Shown here one piece after another: positions 39,173 through 53,402 of a DNA stretch of 64,000 nucleotides. The first letter of the stretch is position 1; each line of letters opens with the position of its first letter. A program made the position numbers and the translations under genes. The stretch comes from Octopus vulgaris. Lineage: Eukaryota. The notes beneath the pieces are model-generated. The model made no database searches, was not told the origin of the DNA, and saw only the letters and a program-made list of their open reading frames with translations. The stretch is from NCBI GenBank assembly GCA_951406725.2, contig OX597823.1:110794001-110858000 (forward strand), in the 5' to 3' direction.

Positions 39173-39260
39173 TGTGGCTGAAGATTGCTGGTCATTTTAA
39201 AACTGATGTAATACTTACAGTGTTTAATAAAATGAAGTAACATGAAACAATTGTACTACA
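39173..39260 (+). ncRNA. Type I hammerhead-like motif with long stem II insert
   Basis: tgtgg-CUGAAGA-ttgct...agtaa-cat-GAAA-caattg-UA-ctaca; palindromic stem III. Confidence 0.5.
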
Positions 39261-39294
39261 CTACCTTAGACATCCTTGTTGCTTATTTTGAAAT

Positions 39295-39490
39295 CACCAT
39301 GATTGACCACTAGCTACTAGAGCTTTCTTTTTTATTCTCTTTCTGTCTGTTTATTTTCTCGTGTTCCTTTTTGTTGAAGAACATAGGCTCGAAACATAAA
39401 AGACTTTCTTACCTTCCTGAGCGTTAAACTAATACACCTGTTTGTTGTTTACACACCTGTCTTCGTCTTTTGTAAATTCCAACTATATTT
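39295..39490 (+). mobile_element. Family H repeat, second copy
   Basis: Homologous to 6438-6645. Confidence 0.7.
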
Positions 39491-39541
39491 ATATATATAT
39501 ATATATAATATTCATAATATATGTAATATATATATATACAC

Positions 39542-39580
<39 letters not shown>

Positions 39581-40559
39581 TACACACACACATATAGACT
39601 CACACACAAGTATGCTTGCATCAAACATAGACATGCATAAGTACGGGCATGTTTTTATTGTTAAAAAGCACACTTCCTAATCATGTGGGTTCAGTCCCCC
39701 GCAATGCTGACTTGGGCAGTGTTTTCTATTATAGTCTGAAGGCAGCTATAGCCTTGTGAATGGATGAAGTAGATAGAAGCCTCATCTTAAATAAATTATG
39801 TATTTTAAATATTGTGCTGGCCATGTACCCCTGCAGCACATGTGTGGAAGGAAAAGAATTGTCTAACTGTCATTTTAAGTATGAAGAAGAAATTGTCGAT
39901 CGCACCTTTGACCATCTTCAGAGATATAATGATATTGTGGAACAATAATTAAGTGGGTTAAAACTCTGTGAAAGGCACTGGTGACAAAAATCTCATGTAT
40001 ATATTTTATACACTTTAATTTAGTAGTTATAAATGAATAGAACTGTGGCTTAATGTATAACATTATATTGTGATTTGTTGACATGGTAGCTATTGTGTGT
40101 ATATATATGTGTATGTATTAATATATATGTATTTGTTGTGCTTATATGTTTGTGTGTTTTTATGAGTATTTGCTTTAAGTGTGATGAATTTTGTGGATAA
40201 TGATGTGTTGTAAGGTGTATTCTAACTTCTTTTGCACTTATTTCAATCTTGTCACTTATTGGTTTTCATTTTTCATGTCCCTTGAATAATTAATTTGTTG
40301 TTTGCTTTCTTGATTGTCTAAATTTGACAATTCCAGTGACACTCTAGACTTTCTGTATCAATTATTCGAATATAAAAGGTAAGTTCCTGTGCACTTTTAA
40401 GATTGATTTCAGTCAGGAATTTCAAATTTCTTCACCCTTTATTTTGATGTGTTGTTTTATATTTGTTTAAACACATACACACACATATAGATGTATAAAA
40501 ATATACATATCTTATTCTTTTATATAAATGCTCACACACACACATGCACACACACACAT

Positions 40560-40665
<106 letters not shown>

Positions 40666-40921
40666 CCTCTCACTCTCTCTTTCTCTCGCTCTCTCACACA
40701 CACACACTTAATCATTTTCCAAGCATTTTCAGTGCTTGCTTGGGTTGGACAAGTCCTCTTCAACTCAGCTTTCCACAATGTCCTATACTTTTGTCATCTT
40801 CTTTGAGAGGCTGAGCCTCTTGAGAACAGCTTCCATCAGTTCTTCATGCCTCTTTTAGTCTTCTACTTCTGCTTTTTCCTTTACCCTGCATCTTCTGGCA
40901 TTTCTTTACCTATCATATATT

Positions 40922-41329
40922 CTTTTGCTCTTTTACTTGTTTCAGTCATTTGACTGTGGCCATGGTGGAGCACCGCCTTTAGTCGAGCAAATCGACCCCA
41001 GGACTTATTCTTTGTAAGCCTAGTACTTATTCTATCGGAATCTTTTGCTGAACCGCTAAGTTACGGGGACGTAAACACACCAGCATCGGTTGTCAAGCAA
41101 TGTTGAGGACACAAACACAGACACACAAACATATACACACACATATACATATATACATATATACGCCGAGCTTCTTTTAGTTTCTGTCTACAAAATCCAC
41201 CCACAAGGCTTTGGTTGGCCCAAGGCTATAGTAGAAGACACTTGCCCAGGGTGCCATGCAGTGCAACTGAACCCGGAACCATGTGGTTAATAAGCAAGCT
41301 ACTTATCACACAGCCACTCCTATGCCTAT
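40922..41329 (-). mobile_element. SINE family A, full length
   Basis: Homology to other A copies. Confidence 0.9.
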
Positions 41330-41690
41330 TGTCAACGTATACTACATATTTATACCAACACAGATGATTTGAAGTACCTTATTTCTCCTGTTCACCTTCT
41401 TTCTCATCTCATCTGTACCTCATCGTTCATGCACTCTGACATTAATCAATTATTTCATCACAAAACTAACCTCAGGGACCTTAATTACACTTATGCTGAC
41501 ATACAAGGAAAGAAATAATAATTGACAAATCGTTGTTTATATTTATGAAGGTTTAATGGGAGGTGATTCGTTAATGTTGAAGGATCATTAATTCTTTGAA
41601 CCTGTGAGCTAGCTTTAGCAGATGAGAATTCATTTGACCAAACACCTGGACGGTGCAAAAGCAAGCAGCCATTAGATTCTGGACTTAAAA

Positions 41691-42296
41691 CTTCCTTTTG
41701 AGCATTTAGCCTCATGGAGGCAAGTGGCTGAGTTTCTCTGAGCATTGGGCCTCATAGAGGCAAGCTGGCTGAGTTCTTTTGAGCATTGAGCCTCATGGAG
41801 GCAAGTTGGCTGAGTTCCTTTGAGCATTGGACTACATGGAGGCAAGGTAGCTGAGTTCCTTTGAGCATTGGGCCTCATGAAGGCAAGTGGCTGAGTTCCT
41901 TTGAGCATTGAGCCTCATGGACGCAAGGTGGCTGAGTTCCTTTGAGCATTGGGCCTCATGGAAGCAAGGTGGCTGAGTTCCTTTGAGCATTGGACCTCAT
42001 GGAGGCAAGCTGGCTTAGTTCTTTTGAGAATTGGGCCTCATAGAGGCAAGTGGCTGAGTTCCTTTGAGCATTGGACTTCATGGAGGCAAGGTAACTGAGT
42101 TCCTTTGAGCATTGGGCCTCATGAAGGCAAGTGGCTGAGTTCCTTTGAGCATTGGGCCTCATGGAGGCAAGTGGCTGAGTTCCATTCGAGTGTTGGGTCA
42201 CACAGAGGCAAGGTAGTTCAGTTCCTTTCAAGCATTGGGCCCCATAGGGGAAAAGTTGCTGAGTTCCTTTCGAGTGTTGGGCCTCATGGAGGCAAG
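41691..42296 (+). repeat. Minisatellite, about 15 x 40-41 bp
   Basis: Unit GAGTTCCTTTGAGCATTGGGCCTCATGGAGGCAAG(G)TGGCT. Confidence 0.95.
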
Positions 42297-42570
42297 ACCT
42301 TTGGCATTATGTTGTGCTTGAGAAGAAGCGCCATCAAGCCCAGCAAAACTGCAAATGTAGCAGATATCAGTGTGGCTGGTGGCAAGTAAAAGCACCCATT
42401 TATACTCTCAGAGTGATTGGCATTAGGAAGGGCATCCAGCAAGAGAAAAAGAAGCCAAATAAGACTGGAGCCTGGTGCAGCCTTCCACCATGCCAGCCCA
42501 ATCAAACCGTCCAACTCATGCCAGCATGGACAACGGACGTTAAATTATGATGACGATGATGATGATGATT
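42297..42570 (+). mobile_element. RTE-end plus family C retroposon tail
   Basis: GACCTTTGGCATTATGTTGTGCTTGAGAAG (DLWHYVVLEK), then C-type body and (GAT)n. Confidence 0.75.
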
Positions 42571-42754
42571 TACTGATGAGCAAGGCCATAATGACAAAAC
42601 CATGTGGCCCCACACTTTTGCATTTGCTAGGGATATACTCGGATAAAACCATGTCCACTAGAGAGTATTTTGGGGTTTAAAGGATTAAGGAATCTTCTTG
42701 ATTTTTTCCCCTGTTTTTGGAAGATAGCAAATTGGTAGTTCTTAGTTGGATAGA

Positions 42755-42878
42755 TATCAAGAGTGATACCGGAATGGACATAGCCAATCTGAGAGAAGCA
42801 GCCCAGGATAGAACTGACTGGAGGACACTGATCCAACGAGTGACCGAGAGTTGTCTTCGACTGAGCAGATAGAGAGAG
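42755..42878 (+). mobile_element. BovB-like RTE 3' end with 11-bp TSD
   Basis: IKSDTGMDIANLREAAQDRTDWRTLIQRVTESCLRLSR*; TSD AGTTGGATAGA at 42744-42754 and 42879-42889. Confidence 0.8.
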
Positions 42879-42993
42879 AGTTGGATAGAATACTTTATGT
42901 TCTTTGTTCCAGCCCCTTGTACTTTGAGCTCCTATAATGCCAAGGTCAACTGTGTATATATGCATTCTATGTATATATGCATTCTGCCTGTTG

Positions 42994-43452
42994 CTTCTTC
43001 TTCTTCTTCTTCTTCTTCTTCTTCTACTTCGTCTTCTTCTTTTCTTCTTTATCTTCTTCTTTTTCTTCTTCTTCTACTTCGTCTTCTCCTTTTCTTCTTT
43101 ATCTTCTTTTTCTTCTTCTTCTTCTTCATCTTCATCTTCTTCTTCTTCTACTCCGTCTTCTTCTTTTCTTCTTTATCTTCTTCTTTTTCTTTTTCTTTTT
43201 CTTTTTCTTTTTCTTCTACTTCGTCTACTCCTTTTCTTCTTTTTCTTCTTTTTCTTCTTCTTCTTCATCTTCATCTTCTTCTTCTTCTTCTACTTCGTCT
43301 TCTTTTCTTCTTTATCTTCTTCTTCTACTTCTTCTTCTACTTCGTCTTCTCCTTTTCTTCTTCTTCTTTTCTTTTTTCTTCTTAATTTTCTTCTTCTTCT
43401 TCTTCTTCTTTCTTTTTCTTCTTCTTCTCCTCCTCCTCCTCCTCCTCCTCCT
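42994..43452. repeat. Compound (TTC)n/(CCT)n polypyrimidine tract
   Basis: Direct inspection. Confidence 0.95.
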
Positions 43453-43911
43453 TCGCTTTCTCCTCACGTTAGCCTGTCGTTTAACCCCAGGCCACTCCTG
43501 TTTAAGCAGACCCATATTCGAAATAACTTAATCGATGACCATCTTATCTTACATAAGTTACAATGCATCTAGGGGCTACATTTATACTGGACAGACATGC
43601 TTCCTTCTTTTACAAGAGAAGGACGTGATCTGAGAGAGATGTGGTTACTATATCTACCAAGTCCTAAGACCATAAAGAAGCAGGTTTGTTGCCCTTTTCT
43701 AAATGGTGTATATGATGCTAACTTGTGACTTAATCATGTAGAATGTGATTAGAAAGTATACTAACATATCAATCAATTATATGGTTATAATACTCTTAAT
43801 TATTTATTAGTAATATCTCTTTATTTTAAATATTTATGTTGGCATTTTCTATATTTTAGATTTTGCAATAACTATTACACCATAGCTCTGTTATTATTTT
43901 TCATTTTATAC

Positions 43912-44295
43912 GGTGGCGAGCTGGCAGAAACGTTAGCACGCTGGGAGGAATGCTTAGCAGTACTTTTTCTGCAGCTACATTCTGAGTTCAAGTTCCGCCG
44001 AGGTCGACTTTGCCTTTCATCCTATTGGGGTTGATGAAATAAGTACCGGTTGTGCACTGGGGTCGATGTAATCAACTATCCCCCTTACACACAAAAATTT
44101 TCAAGGCCTTGTGCCTAGAGTAGAAATAATTATTTCTATATATGAGTTCAAGTTCTGCCGAGGTCGACTTTGCCTTTCATCCTATCGGGGTTGATGAAAT
44201 AAGTACCAGTTGTGTGCTGGGGTCGATGTAATCGACTATCCCCCTTACACACAAAAATTTTCAAGGCCTTGTGCCTAGAGTAGAAGTAATTATTT
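43912..44295 (+). mobile_element. SINE B with tandemly duplicated 3' two-thirds
   Basis: About 43983-44135 repeated at about 44142-44295. Confidence 0.85.
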
Positions 44296-44397
44296 TTCAT
44301 TTTATATTCTATACAAGTTGCTGTTTTAATATTACGTTCTTGATACTTCTGTCATTATTTCTTATATTAAAGAGATTTCTTTTGCTATCTTTTTTTA

Positions 44398-44779
44398 TTC
44401 TTTTATTTCTTTTAGTCATTTGACTGTGGTCATGCTGGAGCATTGCCTTTTAGTTGAACAAATTGACCCCTAGGACTTATTCTTTGTAAGCCTAGTACTT
44501 ATTCTATCAGTCTTTTTTGCTGAACTACTAAGTTACGGGGATGTGAACACACCAACATTGGTTGTCAAGCGATGGTGGGGGGACAAACACAGACACACAA
44601 ACATATACATATATGGTGGGCTTCTTTCAGTTTCCATCTACCAAATTCACTCACAAGGCTTTGGTCAGCCCGAGGCTATAGTAGAAGACACTTGTTCAAG
44701 GTGCCACACAGTGTGATTGAACCCAGAACCATGTGGTTGGTAAGCGAGCTACTTACCACACAGCCATGCCTGCACCTAT
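44398..44779 (-). mobile_element. SINE family A
   Basis: Homology to other A copies. Confidence 0.9.
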
Positions 44780-44959
44780 GTATATATTCTAGATATTTTT
44801 TCGCTATTTCTTTATTTTAAATATTCATGTTTTTTTTATATTATACTCAAGATACTTCTGTTGTTATTTCTTATATTCAAAACTATCAGTTACTATTTTC
44901 CATATCAAAGATATTCTGTGGCTATTTACTATATTTCAAGTAATAATGTTGATAACATC

Positions 44960-45165
44960 TGTGCCACCAATGTTATCCAAGGAAAAGGCAAAGGCCGATA
45001 CAGCTTAGCGCCTGTGATGTCGCAACTCATTTCAACAGATGAAGGAACTGGAGCAACATGAAATAAAGTTTCTTGCTCAAAAACACAACACGTAGCCTGG
45101 TTCAGAAATTGAAATCATTACCTTATGATTGTGAACGTGACGCTCTAACCACTGAGCCATGCAAC
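44960..45165 (-). mobile_element. CORE-type tRNA SINE (family J)
   Basis: Minus head GCATGGCTCAGTGGTTAG; CORE-like TTGAGCAAGAAACTTTATTTCATGTTGCTCCAG. Confidence 0.7.
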
Positions 45166-45277
45166 TTCATGATGATAAAGAAGCAGAGGATTAGGGAAAG
45201 GATGATGCTGATTGATAATACTGCTTATAAGTGTTATTTCTGTAAGTGTTATTTCTGTAGCAGTTTTTATTAAAGTA

Positions 45278-45620
45278 GTGTGAAGGCTCAGTGGTTAGAG
45301 CATTGGGCTTATGATTTGTGAGGTTGTGAGTTCGATTCCTGCACTGGGCTGTGTGTTGTGTTCTTGAGTAAAACACTTTATTTCACGTTGCTTCAGTTCA
45401 CTCAGCTGTAGAAAAGAGTTGCGATGTCACTGGTGCTTTTTCTCTTGAATGACATTGATGGCATGGAGAGTGAAGCCTGGTATGCATGGGCGACTGCTGG
45501 TTTTCCATAAAAGCAACACTAGGTTGTGCGTTCACCAGTGATGTGACTTCCCACATAGACTTGTATCCCAGAGGAGAACCTCTTTGGTGTACCCATGCTC
45601 ATTCATGACCGACAGAGTCG
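45278..45620 (+). mobile_element. CORE-type tRNA SINE (family J)
   Basis: A box GGCTCAGTGG, B box GAGTTCGATTCC, CORE-like body. Confidence 0.75.
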
Positions 45621-45837
45621 AGTTTAGTAACGATAATGGTGGAAGTAACACTCCGGTAGAGCCTGCTCAGTCAGACTTATGCTAAAATGCATATTACACA
45701 TGACCATCCTGTCTCTTACAAACAGATTACCTAAGACCACATTACCTAAAGCATCCTTTTGTCAGACAGAGGAATTTTGGTTGCTGTTTCTAGCAGTCTA
45801 AAAGACCATGTAGATACTTCTCTTTTGGTTGTGTTGT

Positions 45838-46108
45838 AGTGATGATAATGATGATGATGATGACGACGATGGTGATAATGATGATGGTGTTGACGATGAC
45901 GATGATTATGATGAAGGTGATGATGATGAAGATGATGATGATGATGATAATGATGATGATGAAGATGATGATGATAATGATGATGATGAAGATGATGATG
46001 ATGATGATATGAATGATGATGATCAAATTAATGGGGGAATGTTGTTCTTGTTACACTTATTATTGATATAGTAGCAGTAATAGTAGTAGTAGTAGTAGTA
46101 GTAGTAGC

Positions 46109-46148
<40 letters not shown>

Positions 46149-46160
46149 CTAGCAGTAGTT
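45838..46160. repeat. (GAT)n and (TAG)n microsatellites
   Basis: Direct inspection. Confidence 0.95.
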
Positions 46161-46457
46161 GCAGCAGTGATGTTGGTTATGGTGTTGATGCCGGTTCTGA
46201 TCTTGGTGGTGTAGGTGGTGGGGAATTAGCTCTCCCTGTGATGTTCAAGCCAAGAATCAATGGAAGACTCGCCTGAAAATATCGTCAAAAGAAATAAGAT
46301 GAAGTCTTTGATTGTCTGAGATATTGGATGATATTGAATTGAAGAATGGTCTGTTTATTTTAGTTCGATGAATTCCATTCTGAAGGATTACATTCAAACA
46401 TTCAATACACGGCTTTTGGTCAAGATATCAGTTTAGAGATACCGAATAAATACATAT

Positions 46458-46503
<46 letters not shown>

Positions 46504-47030
46504 AGACACACACGCACACACATCACACATATAGACATATATGGAAATGTGCATGTGTATGGGTGTATGTATTTACATATACATATATATGCATACATAT
46601 TTTTACATATATATATGTATACATGTATATATATATATATGTGCGTGTGCATGCGTGTGTGTATGTGTAATGTATATATGCATATATGTACATATATATG
46701 TATGTGTTTGTGTGTGTGTAATGTATTTATGCATATATGTGTGTATATATATATATGTGTGTGTGTGTGTATGTATGTATGTGCAATGTATATATGTATA
46801 TATGTGTATATATATTTATGTGCATGTGTGTGCAATGTATATATGCATATATGTGTATATATATATGTGTGTATGTGTATGTATGTGTAAAGTATATATG
46901 CATATATGTGTATACATATATGTATGTATATGCAATGTATATATGCATATATGTGTGTATATTTATATATATATGTATATATATATATACATGTGTGTAT
47001 GTATGTGCAATGTATAGATGCATATATGTG

Positions 47031-47068
<38 letters not shown>

Positions 47069-47807
47069 CATATATATCTGTGTGCGTGTGAGTGTGTATA
47101 TGTATATATATGTGCATGTACTTGTAGATAGATATATAGATAGATCATTTTTATGTATATATGGTTTCTTTTTCTTTCCATTAATTTTCTATTCAACATT
47201 TCATTTATAATTTTACATTTCTTTCCTGTTTTTCTTTTTATCATCACATCTTTATTTCACATTCTCTCTCCTCCTCTCTCTCTTCCCCCTCTCTCTTTCC
47301 TCTTCTCTCCCTCTCTCTCTCTCTCTCTCTATCGCCCGCACTCACACATATAAAACCATTCACTCTAACTCTTTCACTATTATTTCATTGCCTTTTATTG
47401 TTGCGGCTGTTTTTGTTATTGATATTGTTGCCGTTGTTATTGTTTATTTAACATTGTTATTGCTGGTGGTGGTCTTTATGTGTTGTTTAGGTTGTTGTTG
47501 TTGTTGTATTCAGTGAGGATGTTGTTATTGTTGCAGTTATGATCAGTGGCGTTTTACTTGTTGTTGTAGCCCTAAATGGTGATGGTGTTGTTGTTGTTGT
47601 TTGAGGGTAGTATTGAGGTGATGTGTGTTTTTTTTTTTGCTGTTTGGCTATTTTTATTATTGCTGTTATTATTGTTGTTGTTATTTCATGTATGATAATA
47701 TCATTTGGGAGATTGGAACGAAGTTTGGTGATAAAGTTATCATAGGAAGTGAAAAGAAAAATAATGGTACTAGACGAAGGAGAGGAGGGAAGACATGTAC
47801 AAGAAAG

Positions 47808-47857
<50 letters not shown>

Positions 47858-47864
47858 TAATAAC

Positions 47865-47948
<84 letters not shown>

Positions 47949-48015
47949 CATAATAACAATAATAACAATAATAATAATAATAATAATAATAATAATTATA
48001 ATAATAATAATAATC

Positions 48016-48050
<35 letters not shown>

Positions 48051-48090
48051 TACAATAACAATAATAATAATAATAGCAACAACAACAATG
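47808..48090. repeat. (TAA)n microsatellite
   Basis: Direct inspection. Confidence 0.95.
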
Positions 48091-48409
48091 ATAAAAGTGG
48101 TTTCAAATTTTGGCACACGACCAGCAACTTCGGGGGGAGGAGGTAAGTCAATTACATCGACCCCAGTACACAACTGGTATTTATTTTATTGGTTCTGTAA
48201 GGATTGACAGGCAAAGAATGTAAAGCAGGATGAAATGCCACTGAGCATTTTGCTTGGCAGCTCACCTTAATTATGATGATGATGATGAGGAGGAGGGGGA
48301 GGGGGGAGGGGGAGGATAATCGTGATGATGATGATGATACTAATGATGATTTCATTTATTTGCCACAAGGGCGATGGATGAGAGGGATAATGGAGTGACA
48401 GGCATAAAG

Positions 48410-48875
48410 TGTGGGGGTTTACAGCAAATATTCTGCTCAATACCACAGATTTGCTTGTCAGTGGTTTGACCTTAACCAGTTGAGTATGTCCCTTAGTGGC
48501 TGACGATATGTGTATCTCTGATCCTGAGCAGAAGTAGTGAGGGAGCATCATAGCCATGTGCTGAGAGGGATTCTTTGGGGTTTGGATAATTCACCTTTGG
48601 AAACATGTGTGATTTGTTCAACATTCTTAAACAACCCTTATTCATGGACCTTTTGAGTGGGATGGGCTTCTCGACCAGAAGAAAATTCTAACTGGGCCCC
48701 ACCTGCAAAGCCATGTACTGTTTTTCCTGATATGAGATCACCATGTCGTGCACATATGGTTGTGATGCATGTGCCTGGTGTACCCTTATCGGACAGGTAG
48801 TCATGATGGGTATACTGGGCTTCGTATATTTTACCCCAGTGTCACTTTGATGGCATGCACTGCTCTCTCACTCAA
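48410..48875 (+). mobile_element. Unclassified TAA-tailed retroposon fragment
   Basis: Degenerate homolog at about 37940-38092; ends CTCTCTCACTCAATGATAATAAC. Confidence 0.5.
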
Positions 48876-49050
48876 TGATAATAACAACAACGTCATTCCA
48901 ATAGTTGTTGGGGCATTCGGAGCACTAACAACCAATAAGGAAATAATAAAAAAAGTATACATGGTATACACTGGAAAGGAAGGGACATATGCATAGCATA
49001 CAACGATAATAATAATAACAATAATAATGATAATGATAATAATAACAATG

Positions 49051-49107
<57 letters not shown>

Positions 49108-49109
<2 letters not shown>

Positions 49110-49321
49110 CCTTTCTACTAAAAGCACGAGGCCTGTGATTTCAGTGGGGTGGTATGTCGATTATACTGACCTCAGTACACAACTGGTACTTATTTTAATG
49201 CCCCCTAAGAAAGAAAAGCAAAGTCAAAGTTTGCGGAGTTTGGACTCAGAATGTAAAGACAGACAGGATGTTTGGTAAGCATTTTGCCCAGCATGCTAAC
49301 AACTCTGCCAGCTCGCCACTT
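49108..49321 (-). mobile_element. Degenerate SINE B within (TAA)n
   Basis: CTGCCAGCTCGCC head on the minus strand. Confidence 0.7.
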
Positions 49322-49335
49322 TAATAATGATGATG

Positions 49336-49415
<80 letters not shown>

Positions 49416-49421
49416 TATAAT

Positions 49422-49620
49422 GGTGCCTGTGGCACGTAAAAAGCGCCCACTACACTCTCGGAGTGGTTGGCGTTAGGAAGGGCGTTCAGCTGTAGAAATT
49501 CTGCCAGATCAAGACTGGAGCCTGGTGCAACCATCTGGTTCACCAGCCCCCAGTCAATATCGTCCAACCCATGCTAGCACAGAAAGCGGACGTTAAACGA
49601 TGATGATGATGATGATGATG
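49422..49620 (+). mobile_element. Family C retroposon
   Basis: Body plus (GAT)n tail. Confidence 0.8.
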
Positions 49621-51172
49621 CTTTGTACTCTTGGCACAAGCTAGCATTTTGATGGAGTTGAATTAGTTAATTATATAGAAACCATTACTTGACTGTTACT
49701 TTATGTTATTGACCTCAAAAGATGAAAGTTAGAATTCAACTCAACTGGATTTGAACTCAGGACCTAAAGAGCCAGTAAAAGGTGCCACAATGTATTTCCT
49801 TCCAAGAAACCGATGGTAACATTTTAACTACAAATATTCGAGAACGAGTAGAACATTATTTGTTGATGTGGAACAATATGGGCATAAGGCACACATGTTT
49901 ATGAATAGATGCTCGTTTGACTACGCATGTTACAAATTACTAAGAAAAAAAATAAGAGTTTGAAACAACTGACAACGCCTGAAAGACTATAATGGAAACG
50001 TCTTGTAGAGCTTTTGCTGAAAAAGGAATTATTGGTTACTATGAGACTTTTTCACGAAGAAGAATTACCCTGGAAACAACTGTTATTCTGTATGTAAACA
50101 CTAAGAAGGTTCTCTTTTCTCTCAGTTATCAAACTACTAACGTTCTATGACGAAACGAAAAACAAAAAGTCTACGATATTTCTTTTTCGTATTTGGTTTC
50201 AAGATTCTTTATATGAGTTCGTGTGTTGAAGCATATTCTGTTGCGTCTGGGGAGAGTCATTCTCATTTAGTGCCTTATTATTTAACAATAGTCTTGACTA
50301 TTGAAAAGGTTGCAAGACGCAGCGAAAATTTTAGAAAATAAAAATAAATAAGTGGAAATTTTAGCGGTGATTGTCTTAAATAATAAGGCACTAAAAGAGA
50401 ATGATTCTCCCCAGACACAACAAAATAGTCTACGAATTTCATCTTTAATGAAATGTCACACTTCGTAAAATAATGTTTCCTTAATAACACTCAGACGATT
50501 TCTAAAAAGATAGAAATAGTGCTATACATGATTATTAACAATTAGAAAACGTTAAAACTTTGTAATTAGTAGCAAAGAAACAAATTAAACAATTTGCTAG
50601 TATGCAAAAGTCTCGTAAGTCCAAAACGTTGCTTTTTCACAAAACGAAAAAATAGTTTCACCATTCCACAACAAAACTCTTGTACTATACTTTGACAATT
50701 TTTGATATTTTTAGATCTGAAGCTGCTGAAGATAAGATAGTTTGACCAAAACAACCGGCAATTGCAAGAAAAATAAACACTGAAAAAAAAATGGCCAAAT
50801 TTGACTATACGGCAGTTTAACATAATGGGAACGATGTGAATTCTATGCCACCTTTTCCTCATAATTCCTTAATTTCAAATCCAAAATTCTAAGTAACACT
50901 TCATATTATGAAGCAATTATGTTCTCCCTATCTGTTAAGAAAACATTTTTGAATGTACGTGTGTGTGTATATATGTATATGTGTGTGTGTGCATTTATAT
51001 GTGTGTGTGTGTACGTATATATACATGTGTATATGTATATATATATATATATATATATGTACATATATATGCATATAAGTATAAGTATATTTATTTATGT
51101 GTATATATATATGTATGTGTGTGTATATATCTACATACACCCACAACACACACATCAGCGCGCGTATATATA

Positions 51173-51345
51173 TCTACTATATATATGAGAAGTTCTGTCT
51201 GTGGGTGTGTTTGTGGAGTTGTTAGCTAACTCCTCGTACACTTTGATGAAACTTGACATGTGAGTAGAACTCGCGTCTAGAAACCTCAAGGTATACTCAG
51301 ATTGTTTTTTAAAAAAATCGAAAATAGGGCCTCTGGAAGGGATCC
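51173..51345 (+). mobile_element. Possible Helitron 5' end fragment
   Basis: A|TCTACTATATATATGAGAAG...CTGTCTGT...TTTGATGAAACTTG resembles a Helitron-N 5' terminus; no matching 3' hairpin/CTAG identified. Confidence 0.4.
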
Positions 51346-51918
51346 TTATATATATATCTAAATTATTTTGGTAAAAATGAATTGAGTATGCTTATTTCTT
51401 AGTATTTAATCTGTTAGAGTTATTTTTGCAATTTATCCAGTACAATCCTTAAACAAGTAAATAGTATTTTCCTAAATAATAGATCAACTTATTTTAGTTA
51501 GTGACTTATTCACGAATATACCAACACTAGCGCCCCAGAGGGCAACATTCTCTGGGAACGCACAAGAGCACTTTTCAGAGTTACTTTGAATTGTTATTAT
51601 CTTATATCTGATTAGTCTGTTATTACGTAACATGCTTCACGATTTTAGTATACATATCTTATTAGTATTTTTTCCTATGTTCTATATACTTTGGGAACGC
51701 ATTAAAGCCCTTTTCGGGACTACTTTATTTGAATCCACAATTTGGGTATTCATAACTAATTGGGAATTCCTAAAAGCAAGATAATGTGTAAGAGAGTTCG
51801 GTATTCTCTGTAAGTGCACAAAAACCGGTTTAAGGGCTACATACTTTGTATTGTTGTTATTAGATTAGCGAAACAATTATGTGAACTGAACCAAGGGATA
51901 AGCCCTGCTTTCCCGGGA

Positions 51919-52343
<425 letters not shown>

Positions 52344-53239
52344 ACAAAGTGGAGTTGTAGGGTACCGCACGAGTGGAATTATATACGAAAGAAGGTTATT
52401 GCCTATTATTTTTATGCGTTCTTTTGAGGTACCTACTGTGGTACAACGTATCATCAAAGGTATCTAGCAATTTCAGCCTGCCTTTGCTTCGTTTTAAGCA
52501 TTAAAGTTACAGCAACTGGTCCCGTATATTTTCCTTTTTTCATTTGAGATAATTGACACATCTCCTAATATGTCTTGGAGAGCTTTTGGCATTATTTGAC
52601 GCTTGAGTAAATTTAAACTGCTTCCATCAGTTTTATAGGCAGAATTATGCATGTTTTCTCTTCTCTCTCACCTGGATTATCTCTTGGGGAAAAGAAAAGC
52701 AATTCAGTTTTAAAAATTTGTTTCTTATACATTTTTTCTTGTATGTATGATAGGTCCGATAATTGTTCTATTTGTGCTGGAAGAAGTTTTGTCTTCACAA
52801 ATTTCCTGTCCGAATAAGCCACAGTATTTGGAATGGGTAAGTGTTACTACTATTGTTGTTGCTATTTCTGTCTTCCAAATTCCTTTTTTGAGCTTCTTTT
52901 AAATGTTGACTATACTGTTTATTTTCTTCTTCCTCCTGAACATCTGTGTGCTTTGATCGTGTTTGTTTATTTTTTTTATTTATTATTTTTTGCCATTGTA
53001 GTGTTTAATAATGTGTAATTTTGGATGTGAAAATATAATGTAAGTACAATTTCAAAAGTGTTTGAAGCCGACCGCCTTTTTCTATTGTCCATCCCTGATT
53101 ATCGAGTTCAGACCATCCTTTACCAATTGCAGTTCGTTTTAATCGTTTTATAAATACTCCAAAAAGTTTCACTTGGTAATACTTGAAATGGTCGTGTTTC
53201 TACAAGAGAATCAAAAGACATTTCGACATTACTAAAGTA

Positions 53240-53325
<86 letters not shown>

Positions 53326-53327
53326 TG

Positions 53328-53400
<73 letters not shown>

Positions 53401-53402
<2 letters not shown>

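Noticed and set aside
41691-42296. CRISPR-like regular array
   Set aside because: Units are contiguous with no unique spacers, there are no cas genes and the context is eukaryotic; it is a minisatellite.
52613-53000. Protein-like minus-strand frames (QEEEENKQYSQHLKEAQKRNLEDR; ORF 52613-52822 with a CAG|GTGAG donor)
   Set aside because: Frames are short and stop-bounded with no acceptor or recognisable domain; cannot be supported as a gene.
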